Assembly: GCA_963779615.1 (NCBI GenBank)
Contig: CAVZZA010000005.1
Location: forward strand, 160,001-224,000
DNA length: 64,000 nucleotides
Direction of reading: 5' to 3'
DNA from: an uncultured Nitrososphaeraceae archaeon
Lineage (GTDB): Archaea; Thermoproteota; Nitrososphaeria; Nitrososphaerales; Nitrososphaeraceae
In this document: positions 33,510-43,855 of the stretch, in pieces
Numbering within the stretch: the stretch's first letter is position 1
How the letters are laid out: every line of letters begins with the position of its first letter
Position numbers and translations under genes: made by a program
Notes under the pieces: model-generated
Seen by the model: the letters and a program-made list of their open reading frames with translations, nothing else
The model's database searches: none
What the model was told of the DNA's origin: nothing

Positions 33510-34065
33510 CAGTGACCAATCTCGCATAGAATGCGAATAGCTGATTTACGGCAAATCCTAGTCGCCCTTCCAGAGTCAAGTGCACAGACCAGGGCACGGC
33601 TATGCCATTGATGTTTTCAGCCAGGGTCTATACTCTGTTCAAAACTTGACTGACTGGAATATTTCCTCCAAGTGCCGGATACAAGTGACCGACCAGCACA
33701 ATAGATGGCATTTGAGGCAATCCGTTTACTAAGGCTTTGTTTTGTTCAGCATATTCATTAAATGCCCTATGACATTCAAACCAAAAACCGCATTGCAATG
33801 GTGCAGAACATTTGCTGACAAATTCATCCGTGTAGGAACGAGTCACAATCGACTAAATGCAAGAGCCCCATGAGACCAAGAAAGGCACTCTCGCTCTTTA
33901 CCTTTTACCAGACCTTCTGGCAAGAAGGCTTTTGGTGGAAAGCAAACCACCAGGCACCTTTCTGACCAAATTCTGGAGATAGAAAGACTGGGAAAACACA
34001 ATCCATGAGGAGTAGTCTGCCAATGGTGTTTGGGTCTTCAGCTGCACATGACTCCTGTAGCAAAA
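33510..34065 (-). pseudogene. Heavily degraded alpha/beta hydrolase (epoxide hydrolase-like), C-terminal part
   Basis: Across shifting frames: AAEDPNTIGRLLLMDCVFP…PEFGQK…WWFAFHQ…GKERECLSW…DEFVSKCSAP…HRAF…EQNK…LPQMP…VPWSVHLTLEGRLGFAVNQLF. Confidence 0.7.
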
Positions 34066-34187
34066 TTGAGTTTTATAGTGCTTGCAAAAAAAAATGATTC
34101 TGATAAGACTAAAATGTCAAAAACTTTGGTAAACAGGGCCGGTCTGACACAGAAATGTATTTATTCCCATAACTTAATTTTTTAGGT

Positions 34188-34358
34188 ATGAGCAAAAAGG
34201 CAAAAAAGAATGCACCTTTACCTGCATCAAGTGCTGGCCTGTTAAGGTTTTTTGAAGACGAGACAAAAGGAATAAAGGTAAAGCCAGAAATTATTTTAGG
34301 AGTATCAGGAGCTTTGATTGCAATTTCAGTGGCAATAAAGATTATATTTCCGGCGTAA
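34188..34358 (+). CDS. secG: Preprotein translocase subunit Sec61beta
   Basis: 56 aa: MSKKAKKNAPLPASSAGLLRFFEDETKGIKVKPE plus one TM helix. Below the ORF-track cutoff. Confidence 0.93.
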   Translation: MSKKAKKNAPLPASSAGLLRFFEDETKGIKVKPEIILGVSGALIAISVAIKIIFPA

Positions 34359-34379
34359 TTTTTCTTTTTCTGACTTTTA

Positions 34380-36155
34380 ATGATCGATTCTGAATCAGAC
34401 AGTATTTCAAGCCTACACAAAAGATGGTTTTTTACAAACATAAATCCCTCTTCAAAAAAGTTTTCATATCTGATTGCAGTATCAAGCTTACTAGCAAATA
34501 TAATATTAATCAACTTTATAATAAAACATTACGACATTCTGGAATTTGTCAAAACATCCCCAATAATTGTTGCTATTTTTACAGCAACGCTATTGTTTGA
34601 TTTCCTTTCTTTAAACGGGACTCCACTCAACAGGTTTTCAAAAGTTTTACATGTAGCAGCATTTGCTAATTTACTATGGACACTGACAGTAACTTTTAGC
34701 TATATTTCAGAATTTATAATTTATACAAACCACCCATCGATTAATTCCATTATGCAGGGTATGTTTATGGCAATAGGATTGCGAATAGGAATCTTCACCT
34801 CAGTATTTGGTGCATCACTTAAGAGAGCAATTCCAATATCATTTATCCAACCGGTAATTATTTTTATCATAATATCATTTTTCTACTTTAACCACATTTT
34901 CTTTACAAATTTTTCAGTTTATCTTTTTGGGGCAATAATGCTAACAATAGGAATCCTATGGGCAATAATAATAGACAGGATAGGAAGGCCCAATTTTGCG
35001 AGTGCCTTTAAGATATTACAGGCCTTCCTAAAGGCATGGACAGAAAACAAATCTGAGGAAATGGAGAGAATAGCAGAGGAAAAAGCAAACTCCAAGTTCG
35101 TTAAAACGTTTTTGGTGAAACTAAAATCCCAAAAAAATGTTACGTTGGTACTTCCGGAACTGCATCCGGGTCCTTTTAATCCAATCGGAGGGAGTAACCT
35201 TCCATATGATATTTTCAAGTTTTTTTCAAGTTCCGCCATGGTTATGCACAGCATATCAGACCACTCACTAAATATTCCATCTCAGAGGGAAGTAAAAAAA
35301 TACCTGGATTCATTAATGCATACGACACATTTGGAATCAGGCGATAAATGCACAATACCGATTTCCCTTTCCGTAAACGATTGCAATTGCGCTGGATTTG
35401 CATTGGGAAAGAATGCCATAATATTTTTATCCAAATCACCCTCAGGAATGGAGGACATACCTCCTGATGTCAAAGTATCGCTTGAGGAATACTCCCAAGA
35501 ATTGGGTTTTGAGCAAATTCTAATTATTGATTCTCACAATTCCATGGGAAACAAAATCGAAAAACAGGACATAGACAACTTTACAACCATAGGAAAAAAA
35601 TGTTTAGAGAAAATAATAGGTTTTGAACAATTCCCATTTAAAATAGGATACTCAAACAGTTTTCAAATAGACGACAAACCAAAAAACGAAAAAATAAAGT
35701 CTCCAGATTTGGGGGACAGTCAATTTGGAGTGCTAACAATTACAATTGAAAATAAGGAACACGTGTTATGCTGGTGTGACTCTAACAACATGAAAAAGGG
35801 AATAAGAGAAAAAATCATATCAGGTTTAAAAACAGAAGGATACAGCATCATAGAAATATGCACATCAGACACACACTCGACATCAGGCAAAAGAAACACC
35901 AAGGGATACTACACTTTAGGTGACATAACAAATGAGACAAAAATAATCAGCATTTTCCAAAAACTTGCAAAACTATCCAAGGAATCAACCTATGCCTCAA
36001 CATTTGAGATCCAAAAATCAGAAACCCATGTCAAGGTTATGGGAAATGACCAATTTGATGACTATTCATTCGCATTGGAAAAGTCTTTCAAGGTTACCAA
36101 GATTTTCCTTGCAACCACATTTGTTGTGTATATAATCATGCTGCTCATAACCTAA
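34380..36155 (+). CDS. DUF2070-family membrane protein
   Basis: Multi-TM N-terminus, LHPGPF…GGSNLP, IDSHN and CTSDTH. Confidence 0.88.
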   Translation: MIDSESDSISSLHKRWFFTNINPSSKKFSYLIAVSSLLANIILINFIIKHYDILEFVKTSPIIVAIFTATLLFDFLSLNGTPLNRFSKVLHVAAFANLLWTLTVTFSYISEFIIYTNHPSINSIMQGMFMAIGLRIGIFTSVFGASLKRAIPISFIQPVIIFIIISFFYFNHIFFTNFSVYLFGAIMLTIGILWAIIIDRIGRPNFASAFKILQAFLKAWTENKSEEMERIAEEKANSKFVKTFLVKLKSQKNVTLVLPELHPGPFNPIGGSNLPYDIFKFFSSSAMVMHSISDHSLNIPSQREVKKYLDSLMHTTHLESGDKCTIPISLSVNDCNCAGFALGKNAIIFLSKSPSGMEDIPPDVKVSLEEYSQELGFEQILIIDSHNSMGNKIEKQDIDNFTTIGKKCLEKIIGFEQFPFKIGYSNSFQIDDKPKNEKIKSPDLGDSQFGVLTITIENKEHVLCWCDSNNMKKGIREKIISGLKTEGYSIIEICTSDTHSTSGKRNTKGYYTLGDITNETKIISIFQKLAKLSKESTYASTFEIQKSETHVKVMGNDQFDDYSFALEKSFKVTKIFLATTFVVYIIMLLIT

Positions 36156-36194
36156 ACAACAGATCATGCTTTTCAAAATTTTTAATATCTATAG

Positions 36195-36267
36195 TGGATG
36201 GAGAGAGATTTGAACTCTCGATCACCTGTGTGTGAGACAGGTATCTTAACCACTAGACTACCCATCC
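36195..36267 (-). tRNA. tRNA-Val(CAC)
   Basis: GGATGGG…CCTGT-CTCACAC-ACAGG…GAGAG-TTCAAAT-CTCTC-TCCATCC-A folds as a cloverleaf. Confidence 0.95.
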
Positions 36268-36356
36268 TTAATAACGGTTATTTGGAATCGTCCTTTATAT
36301 TGATTTTTAACAGCTAAAAAAAGTTTTAAAATATCGCCACACAAAAAAAAAGAAAA

Positions 36357-37613
36357 TTAGGTTCCTTCACCGTATTCATTTATGTATTTATTTTGGCTCC
36401 CTGTCAAATTGTCGATTTGGATATCCATAGAGTCCAATTTCAGCCTAGCGATATCAAGATCCTGCTCTCTGTCTATTTCATAAATCCTATTCTCCAGCTT
36501 TTCTTTGTTTTCTGCAAATTTCAAAACGGAGAGAAACTGATTGGCAAAACTCATATCCATAACCTCAGAAGGGTGACCATCAGCCGCGACCAAATTTACA
36601 AGCCTACCCTCACCTAACAGGTTAATTCTGTTTCCATTTTTGAGAATAAATTGTTCCACGTTTTCATTGAGTTTATGGGTGGAGCTGGACAGATTCCTCA
36701 GGTCAGTTGTGGATATTTCAACGTTAAAGTGCCCTGCGTTTGCAAGAATCGTACCATTCTTCATGTTCTCGATGTGAGAGCCAGTAATTACATCCTTGCA
36801 CCCAGTAGATGTGATAAATATGTCACCTAAAGAAGACGCCTCCATCATGGGCTTTACAGCAAATCCATCCATTTTTGCTTTCAGTGCGTTAATGGGATCG
36901 ACCTCAGTTACAACAACAGATGCACCATGCCCGCTGCACCTACTAGCTATTCCTTTACCCACATGGCCATAACCGGCCACAACGACGGTTTTTCCGGCAA
37001 TAAGAATATTGGTGGCTCGTATAACACCATCTAAAGCAGACTGCCCTGTTCCATACACATTGTCGAAATCATGTTTGGTTTCAGCGTCGTTCACAGCGAT
37101 GATTGGGTATTTTAGTTTGTTTGTTTTTTCCAAAGCTCTCAAACGCATTACACCGGTGGTGGTCTCCTCTGTCCCCCCAATGACATTATCGCCAAACTTA
37201 TCCATTGTCTTATGAAACTCGATCGTCAGATCGGCTCCATCATCTATAGTTATGTGAGGCTTGAATTTTAGTACTGAATGAATATCTTCATAGTACTCTT
37301 CATTAGTCACCCCTCTGCTTGCAAATATGGACATTTCGTCATCTACAACCAAAGAAGCAGCAATATCATCACTAGTGGACAAAGGGTTACAACCCGACCA
37401 AGCTACCTCCGCCCCTGCCGCTTTCAGTGTTTTAATCAACACAGCTGTTTCTTTGGTCACATGTAAGCAACCACCAATAACCAAATTTTTTAATGGCTTG
37501 GATTCCTGAAACTTCTTTTGCAAGGAGAGCATTACAGGCATGTGAGACTCTGCCCACTCAATTTTTTTTTTACCATAAGAGGATAAAGATTTATCTTTGA
37601 TTCTATATTCCAT
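36357..37613 (-). CDS. ahcY: Adenosylhomocysteinase
   Basis: GCLHVTKETA, IDDGAD, EETTTGV, FDNVYGTGQS, GYGHVGKG, GRLVNL and GHPSEVMDMSF. Confidence 0.97.
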   Translation of the reverse strand: MEYRIKDKSLSSYGKKKIEWAESHMPVMLSLQKKFQESKPLKNLVIGGCLHVTKETAVLIKTLKAAGAEVAWSGCNPLSTSDDIAASLVVDDEMSIFASRGVTNEEYYEDIHSVLKFKPHITIDDGADLTIEFHKTMDKFGDNVIGGTEETTTGVMRLRALEKTNKLKYPIIAVNDAETKHDFDNVYGTGQSALDGVIRATNILIAGKTVVVAGYGHVGKGIASRCSGHGASVVVTEVDPINALKAKMDGFAVKPMMEASSLGDIFITSTGCKDVITGSHIENMKNGTILANAGHFNVEISTTDLRNLSSSTHKLNENVEQFILKNGNRINLLGEGRLVNLVAADGHPSEVMDMSFANQFLSVLKFAENKEKLENRIYEIDREQDLDIARLKLDSMDIQIDNLTGSQNKYINEYGEGT

Positions 37614-37655
37614 CAAGTAAAAAAATATAGAATCCATATATTACTTTAACATAAT

Positions 37656-38318
37656 CTGAAAATCAAAAGAGGGTTTTTCGAGGGAAACACTCCGGATGTA
37701 GCTTGTGCCCTTGTAGGCAAAAAACTAGTAAGGAGGGTGGACTTTTTCGGAAGATGCTATACTATAAGTGGCACAATAGTGGAAACCGAGGCTTACGGCA
37801 GCATCGATGACCCCGCAAGTCATGCCTTCAAAAGAAAAACAAGCCGCAATGAGACAATGTTCGGCAATCCCGGAAAAGTTTATGTTTATTTCATTTATGG
37901 AAATCACTATTGTTTTAACATAGTAGCAAAAAACAATGATAGTGCAGCAGGCGCCATACTGATAAGATCAATACAGCCAATAGAAGGAATCAGTTTGATG
38001 AGGATTTTTCGGAAAACAGACAACATCTTCAACCTGTCTTCGGGACCCGGAAAGTTAACCCAGGCCTTTAAAATATCGAAAAATCACAATGGAATGGACG
38101 TGACCGACAACAAAAACGATTTTTTTTATTTGGAAGATACTACCCAAGGAAATAACAACAATATGGGCGGATTCAAGGTCTTGGAGACCAGCAGAATCGG
38201 CATAACGAGTGCATTGGAAAAAAAATGGAGATTCATCATGATGAATCCAAAGAGGGGAAAAACCGACGGAGCGCCAGAAGAATACACACCCAATCCTTTT
38301 CTGTCCAGAAGAGGTTAA
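37656..38318 (+). CDS. DNA-3-methyladenine glycosylase (MPG/AAG family)
   Basis: IVETEAY, VYVYFIYGNHYCFNIV, GPGKLTQA and RIGI. The conserved N-terminus RGFFEGNTPDVACALVGKKLVR lies upstream of the GTG at 37737, so the start is placed at CTG 37656. Confidence 0.9.
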   Translation: MKIKRGFFEGNTPDVACALVGKKLVRRVDFFGRCYTISGTIVETEAYGSIDDPASHAFKRKTSRNETMFGNPGKVYVYFIYGNHYCFNIVAKNNDSAAGAILIRSIQPIEGISLMRIFRKTDNIFNLSSGPGKLTQAFKISKNHNGMDVTDNKNDFFYLEDTTQGNNNNMGGFKVLETSRIGITSALEKKWRFIMMNPKRGKTDGAPEEYTPNPFLSRRG

Positions 38319-38388
38319 AATTTAATTACAAATTAGATGAAAACCTTAAACAAATTTTTATAAATATCAAATACAAAATGTCTAGCAA

Positions 38389-38721
38389 TTGCCGCTCAGA
38401 GATTTTTTGGTTCCTGATGAACAAATCAAAATTATATGCAAAAGAGATGTAGAATACGCCAACAAGAAATACTGCTTATTCGTTACAAACAAAAGAATTC
38501 TTTTGTATAAAAAAAGGGGAATCCTAAACAAAACTGAGGATGTTGTGTGTGAAAAGCTGGAAAGGTTAGAGGGTTTAGAGTACAAAGAAAAAAGAGGACT
38601 ATGCAATTTGGCAAAAATATCTATCAAAGGGGGGTTAAAAATAAACATCAAGGGACCAACCAATGAAGTGAAAAATGTCTTTCAGGTGTTAGAGTACTTG
38701 ATGAACTTGAAGTCAAAGTAA
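38389..38721 (+). CDS. PH-domain (bacterial PH-like) protein
   Basis: LVPDEQI…LFVTNKRILLYKKRGIL. Confidence 0.75.
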   Translation: MPLRDFLVPDEQIKIICKRDVEYANKKYCLFVTNKRILLYKKRGILNKTEDVVCEKLERLEGLEYKEKRGLCNLAKISIKGGLKINIKGPTNEVKNVFQVLEYLMNLKSK

Positions 38722-38724
38722 AAA

Positions 38725-40833
38725 CTACTTTAACTCCTCATGCAGAAAACTCTTCAATTTATGCAAATCGTTCAAATCCGTTTTTGAGCTAGTATCCGAG
38801 TCTTGGTTGTTGCCGTCATCTTTTTTATTGAAATATTGATTTAATTCGTCATCTTCGTCATCTTTTTTATTGGAAGAGGGATTTAATTCGTCATCTTCGT
38901 CATCTTCGTCAACCGAGGATAACTTGTTAATATTCGATTGAACTTCTTGAGAAAGGTTTTGTGTTGCTTTTTTGCCCTGACCTGGCGATTCCGATGACGA
39001 TGACGATGACGATGACTTGTTCTGCGTGGCGTCGGCACTGGCTTTTGTGATTAGGGCATTTGAGGCTACGGGTATCTTTTGCTCTCCACTATCAGGCGCA
39101 CTTTGCTCTGCTTTTGTGCCTTGGTCCGGCGATTCAGATGCTGATGACTTGTTCTGCGTGGCGTCGGCACTGACTTTTGTGATTAGGGCATTTGAGGCTA
39201 CGGGTATCTTTTGCTCTCCACTATCAGGCGCACTTTGCTCTGCTTTTGTGCCTTGGTCCGGCGATACCGATGACGACGATGACTTGTTCTGCGTGGCGTC
39301 GGCACTGACTTTTACGATCAGGCCAGTTGAGACTACCGCGGGTTTTTGCGCTCCATTATCAGGCGCACTTTGCTCTGCTTTTGTGCCTTGGTCCGGCGAT
39401 TCAGATGACGACAATGACGACGACTTGTTCTGCGTGGCGTCGGCACTGACTCTCTTGATTAGACCATCTGAGACTACCGCGGGTTTTTGCGCTCCATTAT
39501 CAGGCGCACTTTGCTCTGCTTTTGTGCCTTGGTCCGGCGATTCCGATGACGACAATGACGACGACTTGTTCTGCGTGGCGTCGGCACTGACTCTCTTGAT
39601 TAGACCATCTGAGACCCTGGGCAGTGCTTGCGCTCCATTATCAGGCGCACTTTGCTCTGCTTTTGTGCCTTGGTCCGGCGATTCCGATGACGACAATGAC
39701 GACGACTTGTTCTGCGTGGCGTCGGCACTGACTCTCTTGATTAGACCATCTGAGACTACCGCGGGTTTTTGCTCTTCAGGAATTAGACTTTGGCAACATA
39801 TAGCACCTGATACCGCCGTCAAATTTGGAATGAAATTTTTATTTATTTTTGAATCTTCAGAATTTAATACAATACCTGACTTTGAAGGTGGCGGGGTGCT
39901 GGCTTTGTTGATCAGGTCACTTGTGGCCGTTTTGTTGGTGCCGCTGGTGCCGTTGAGGTTGCTGGTATGGTTTGACACTATGCTTGACTTTGAAGGTGGC
40001 GGGGTGCTGGCTTTGTTGATCAGGTCACTTGTGGCCGTTTTGTTGGTGCCGCTGGTGCCGTTGAGGTTGCTGGTATGGTTTGACACTATGCTTGACTTTG
40101 AAGGTGGCGGGGTGCTGGCTTTGTTGATCAGGTCACTTGTGGCCGTTTTGTTGGTGCCGCTGGTGCCGTTGAGGTTGCTGGTATGGTTTGACACTATGCT
40201 TGACTTTGAAGGTGGCGGGGTGCTGGCTTTGTTGATCAGGTCACTTGTGGCCGTTTTGTTGGTGCCGCTGGTGCCGTTGAGGTTGCTGGTATGGTTTGAC
40301 ACTATGCTTGACTTTGAAGGTGGCGGGGTGCTGGCTTTGTTGATCAGGTCACTTGTGGCCGTTTTGTTGGTGCCGCTGGTGCCGTTGAGGTTGCTGGTAT
40401 GGTTTGACACAATATCGGATTTTGAGGATATATTGAATAGGACGCTATAGAATACAGAAGAGTCGGATTTTAAACAATAATTTTTAGCAGTCATTTTATT
40501 TGTTCCATTAAACAGCGTACCTTTTTCATCAATAACAAACTCCCATTTTGTAAAGTCTTTAGTTCCATTAATCCCTTTAGGCATAACAGCAGTGTATGGT
40601 TTCTTGTCATTAATAATAAGCGATACAGTGCAATTTAAATCCGGATTGTACTTTGACATACCTTTTACCTGCATGTTATCATTAATGGTAAAGCTGGAAT
40701 TTTTGTGAGGATAAACAATCTTTACTTTAAGGGAAGGATCTGGAATACCATAGATTTTAAAATAAGTTATGTTTAAAATTAAAAGCATAGAGAAAATAAC
40801 AATCAAAACATATGGATTAAACAATTTTCTCAT
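38725..40833 (-). CDS. Secreted/surface Ser-Thr-rich repeat protein, paralog of 833..2938
   Basis: 702 aa with an N-terminal TM/signal, the domain VKIVYP…CTVSLIINDKKPY…DFTKWEF…NKMTAKNYC…FYSV, two repeat arrays and an acidic tail. Confidence 0.8.
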   Translation of the reverse strand: MRKLFNPYVLIVIFSMLLILNITYFKIYGIPDPSLKVKIVYPHKNSSFTINDNMQVKGMSKYNPDLNCTVSLIINDKKPYTAVMPKGINGTKDFTKWEFVIDEKGTLFNGTNKMTAKNYCLKSDSSVFYSVLFNISSKSDIVSNHTSNLNGTSGTNKTATSDLINKASTPPPSKSSIVSNHTSNLNGTSGTNKTATSDLINKASTPPPSKSSIVSNHTSNLNGTSGTNKTATSDLINKASTPPPSKSSIVSNHTSNLNGTSGTNKTATSDLINKASTPPPSKSSIVSNHTSNLNGTSGTNKTATSDLINKASTPPPSKSGIVLNSEDSKINKNFIPNLTAVSGAICCQSLIPEEQKPAVVSDGLIKRVSADATQNKSSSLSSSESPDQGTKAEQSAPDNGAQALPRVSDGLIKRVSADATQNKSSSLSSSESPDQGTKAEQSAPDNGAQKPAVVSDGLIKRVSADATQNKSSSLSSSESPDQGTKAEQSAPDNGAQKPAVVSTGLIVKVSADATQNKSSSSSVSPDQGTKAEQSAPDSGEQKIPVASNALITKVSADATQNKSSASESPDQGTKAEQSAPDSGEQKIPVASNALITKASADATQNKSSSSSSSSESPGQGKKATQNLSQEVQSNINKLSSVDEDDEDDELNPSSNKKDDEDDELNQYFNKKDDGNNQDSDTSSKTDLNDLHKLKSFLHEELK
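39000..39775. repeat. 132-141-bp coding tandem repeat, 6 copies
   Basis: Anchor GACTTGTTCTGCGTGGCGTCGGCACTG at 39014, 39146, 39281, 39422, 39563 and 39704. Confidence 0.93.
39878..40409. repeat. 108-bp coding tandem repeat, 5 essentially identical copies
   Basis: Anchor GACTTTGAAGGTGGCGGGGTG recurs every 108 bp from 39878. Encodes SIVSNHTSNLNGTSGTNKTATSDLINKASTPPPSKS. Confidence 0.95.
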
Positions 40834-41323
40834 CAGAGTTTAAAAGAGACTATAAAATATAGAGCTTTGATATGAATGAACAAAGAAAACATTTCGCTAA
40901 TATATAGGATAAAAAACATACATAATTATTTTAGGGTGCAAGAACGAAATGCATCATTTTCAAAAAAATGAAAAGTATACAATTGCATTGTTCATTCACC
41001 TATAATATTTGTAAACGAATTTGATTGTTTTTCTTTTTATCGAGCACCTAATCGCCGATATTTAATTATCAGCAAGACAGGAAATAATAATCAGAAGTCT
41101 GATTTTCAGCAGTGAAAAGAGACAAGTTTCATTTTTATGCAGCAAACACAAGCAAAACTATTGACTTAATACTTAACCATCCGGCAATATCTCTCACCAC
41201 ATGATGGTAAATTAAAAGATACGCAAATAAGCTAAAAATGGTTTATTCTTTTGAATAGTCAATCAAAAGTAGATGAAAACAAATGAGGTTAAAAATAAAA
41301 ACAGAAATTCAGGTTACTATCAA

Positions 41324-41623
41324 TCATTCATCTAATACGGTTAACTTTCCATAGCGACCAATATTGAGGCTGTTTTCTCCGCGGAATGCCTGAGTGTAAC
41401 CGTTTTCAATTAAAATTTTATCGCCCTCTTTTATCATCTTTATTTGATCATCCCATAATGATAACTTTATTTTTCCAGTGTTGTCTGCAATAGTAGCATC
41501 AGCAACCTGTGCTGAACCTCCTGCCCTCAAATTTACTGTTCTTGGCTCAGTTATTGATTCAACAGTACCTTCAACTGTTACGTGCCTCATGTCATTTGTC
41601 AATTCACTAATATTCGTACTCAT
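41324..41623 (-). CDS. Single OB-fold single-stranded DNA-binding protein (SSB/RPA)
   Basis: VADATIADNTGKIKLSLWD…LNIGRYGKL. Confidence 0.92.
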   Translation of the reverse strand: MSTNISELTNDMRHVTVEGTVESITEPRTVNLRAGGSAQVADATIADNTGKIKLSLWDDQIKMIKEGDKILIENGYTQAFRGENSLNIGRYGKLTVLDE

Positions 41624-41751
41624 AGTTTTGAATATACTTTATTTTAATTAATATTAAATTTTGTCATTGCTTAAAAAAAATTGATTTTAAAAAAATACCA
41701 AGAAAATCAAAAGGAATAAAACGATGATAGTAATTCAACATTTCTGACAGA

Positions 41752-41856
41752 GGAGGAGTCGCGAAGCCAGGTCAAACGCGCAGGACTCAAGATTCAAAAA
41801 AAGGGGAAATCCCGTCCTTCAGGGGTTCGTGGGTTCGAATCCCACCTCCTCCACCA
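41752..41856 (+). tRNA. tRNA-Leu(CAA) with a 17-nt intron (about 41792-41808) at position 37/38; CCA encoded
   Basis: GGAGGAG…CAGGA-CTCAAG/intron/A-TCCCG, long variable arm, GTGGG-TTCGAAT-CCCAC-CTCCTCC-ACCA. Confidence 0.92.
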
Positions 41857-42927
41857 AATCATAGATTGAAACTTCAGGGTCTAAAACCACCGCCACATAA
41901 AACAGAAATTCTAAAAGATTGGTGATCTAATCTGATTTAAGGTTTTATTATCATCTTTTTGTAAAATATACTTTATTGTTTTTGGATGTTATTTGACTTT
42001 ACCATAGCTTTCATTTCTCATTCAGGCAGTCACAAAGACTGCTTTAACATGGACAGAAGTTATCGACACACCCAATAATGGCAATTTCTATTTCTGCCAG
42101 GGTGTCCCATTGGCGAAAAATTTTGATGGTCAACAAGATGCTGTAATTAGAGCACATATGTGAATCTGGTAAATGGTTATACGAAAAACTAGAGTGATGA
42201 TTTGTTATTGTTCATGCAATTATGTTAATTGGCATATTATAAATATCTGCATAATCGGAATTATCCTCCGCATATTCACTATACAACGCTTCTTAACACT
42301 AAAGAAAATAACCATTAAAACATCTTCAAACATCACAATATTCAACAATCAACAGAATTAGTAGTTTGAATCAAAGACAACCGGGAGTTGGATTCGAACT
42401 CTGGCAATACTCGAGGCGACAGATAAAAGGGGGTTTGATAAAGATCTTGTTTTTTTGTACAAATCCTAAAATTGTATCAAATGTATGGTTGGAATGGGCC
42501 GAAAGGGATGCAATACAAATTTGGGAATAATCGGGATTTAGATTTTTATTCATGTCATCCTTTTTTTCAAATGATTCGAATCCCTAGAGAACGGGTCCGA
42601 TGGGGTTAGTGATGATATTGGGCCTTAAAAGTAGATTCCAATTCTATTGGAACTGTTAAGGGTTTAAAGTTTTCAATTATAAAAAATACAATATCCTTTT
42701 TTTGTCATGGTATAAACAAATATGCAAGTTATCAGTATCTTTTATTGCTATTTAATGCATGTAAAAACAATATTGTTAAATTAGAAGATAAAGTTATGCT
42801 AAACATTCCTCTTTGCATTTATAGTGTTAAGATTGTGCCTACCTTTTCAGGTAAACAAATTCAGATAAAACATCAGGTAACAGCAATCCCATTCCAATTA
42901 TACGAAAAAATGTACATTTTTCCAACT

Positions 42928-43528
42928 GTGAACAACACCAAAAATTTATTATTGATAGCTGTAATCGCAACAACACTCGTTATGGGCACAAGCGTTATCC
43001 CAATGCAGTCATATGCAGATAGGGACAATGACAACCACAAAAAAAATAACGACTTTAAATCAAAAATAATTGCAAGCTCAGAGTCAGGCAAAAAGAGCGC
43101 AAGCCAACACCAACACCAACACAACTTCTGCTACGGGGGCGACGATTGCCAGCAGGCAAACCAGGGACAACAATTAGCAGGAAAGGACAACGACGCAACT
43201 GGGTTCAATGACCAGAGCGACAACCTTTCAGTAGAATTCGCAGCAGATAACGGAACAGGAACAGGCAATGGGAACGGAAATGGCGAAACAACACCCCAAC
43301 AAAAATGTGAACTTTGTCTACTGAATGTTAACCTAACAGCCTTCTTCAACAATCATCCAGTTCGCGAGTTAGGAATTGATACCAATGCAGAGCTTTGTGC
43401 ATCACTCTCAAACGGAACACTTCCAACCAGCTGTATTAAACAGGTTGGTGGATTTTCTTAGCGATGCTACAGAGCAATGCTTGATAGACGCAGGCATTAA
43501 TCTACCAACAAGGGCTCCAGAAATATAG
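42928..43528 (+). pseudogene. Secreted Cys-containing protein (paralog of 26898..27493), frameshifted near the 3' end
   Basis: GTG start, MGTSVIPMQSYA and NFCYGGDDCQQANQGQQLAGKDNDATGFNDQS. The C-terminal EQCLIDAGINLP… is in another frame. Confidence 0.65.
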
Positions 43529-43855
43529 AATAGAATTCCTCAATGGTGAAAAAGACACCAACAAAATATGTTGTTCTCCACTAAAAACAACATAGGTAGC
43601 AGGTGAAAAAATGCAGTAACAAATGTAGCCTGCCATGTCTACTTTTATTGTGGTATGGATAATCATAATTGTAAAGAATTATGAATATAAAAATAATGGC
43701 TTTTAGCCAATAAACTGAAGTTTGTTAATAACTTTTAATAAAGTTTTTAAATAAGTTATTAATATTAGATAGTAGCATTAAGTAGAAAAAAGATATATAA
43801 GAAATAATGGAATTTCATTAATAGAAAAATGCATACGTTATTAAGATAACTAGAT

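Noticed and set aside
33905-33955. Hairpins CCTTCT…AGAAGG and TGGTGG…CCACCA as possible ncRNA (e.g. RNase P RNA)
   Set aside because: No RNase P or SRP signatures were seen, and the sequence is explained by the hydrolase pseudogene on the minus strand.
39017-40450. 477-aa plus-strand ORF
   Set aside because: It is the antisense reading of the repeat arrays in 38725..40833 and ends where the repeats end.
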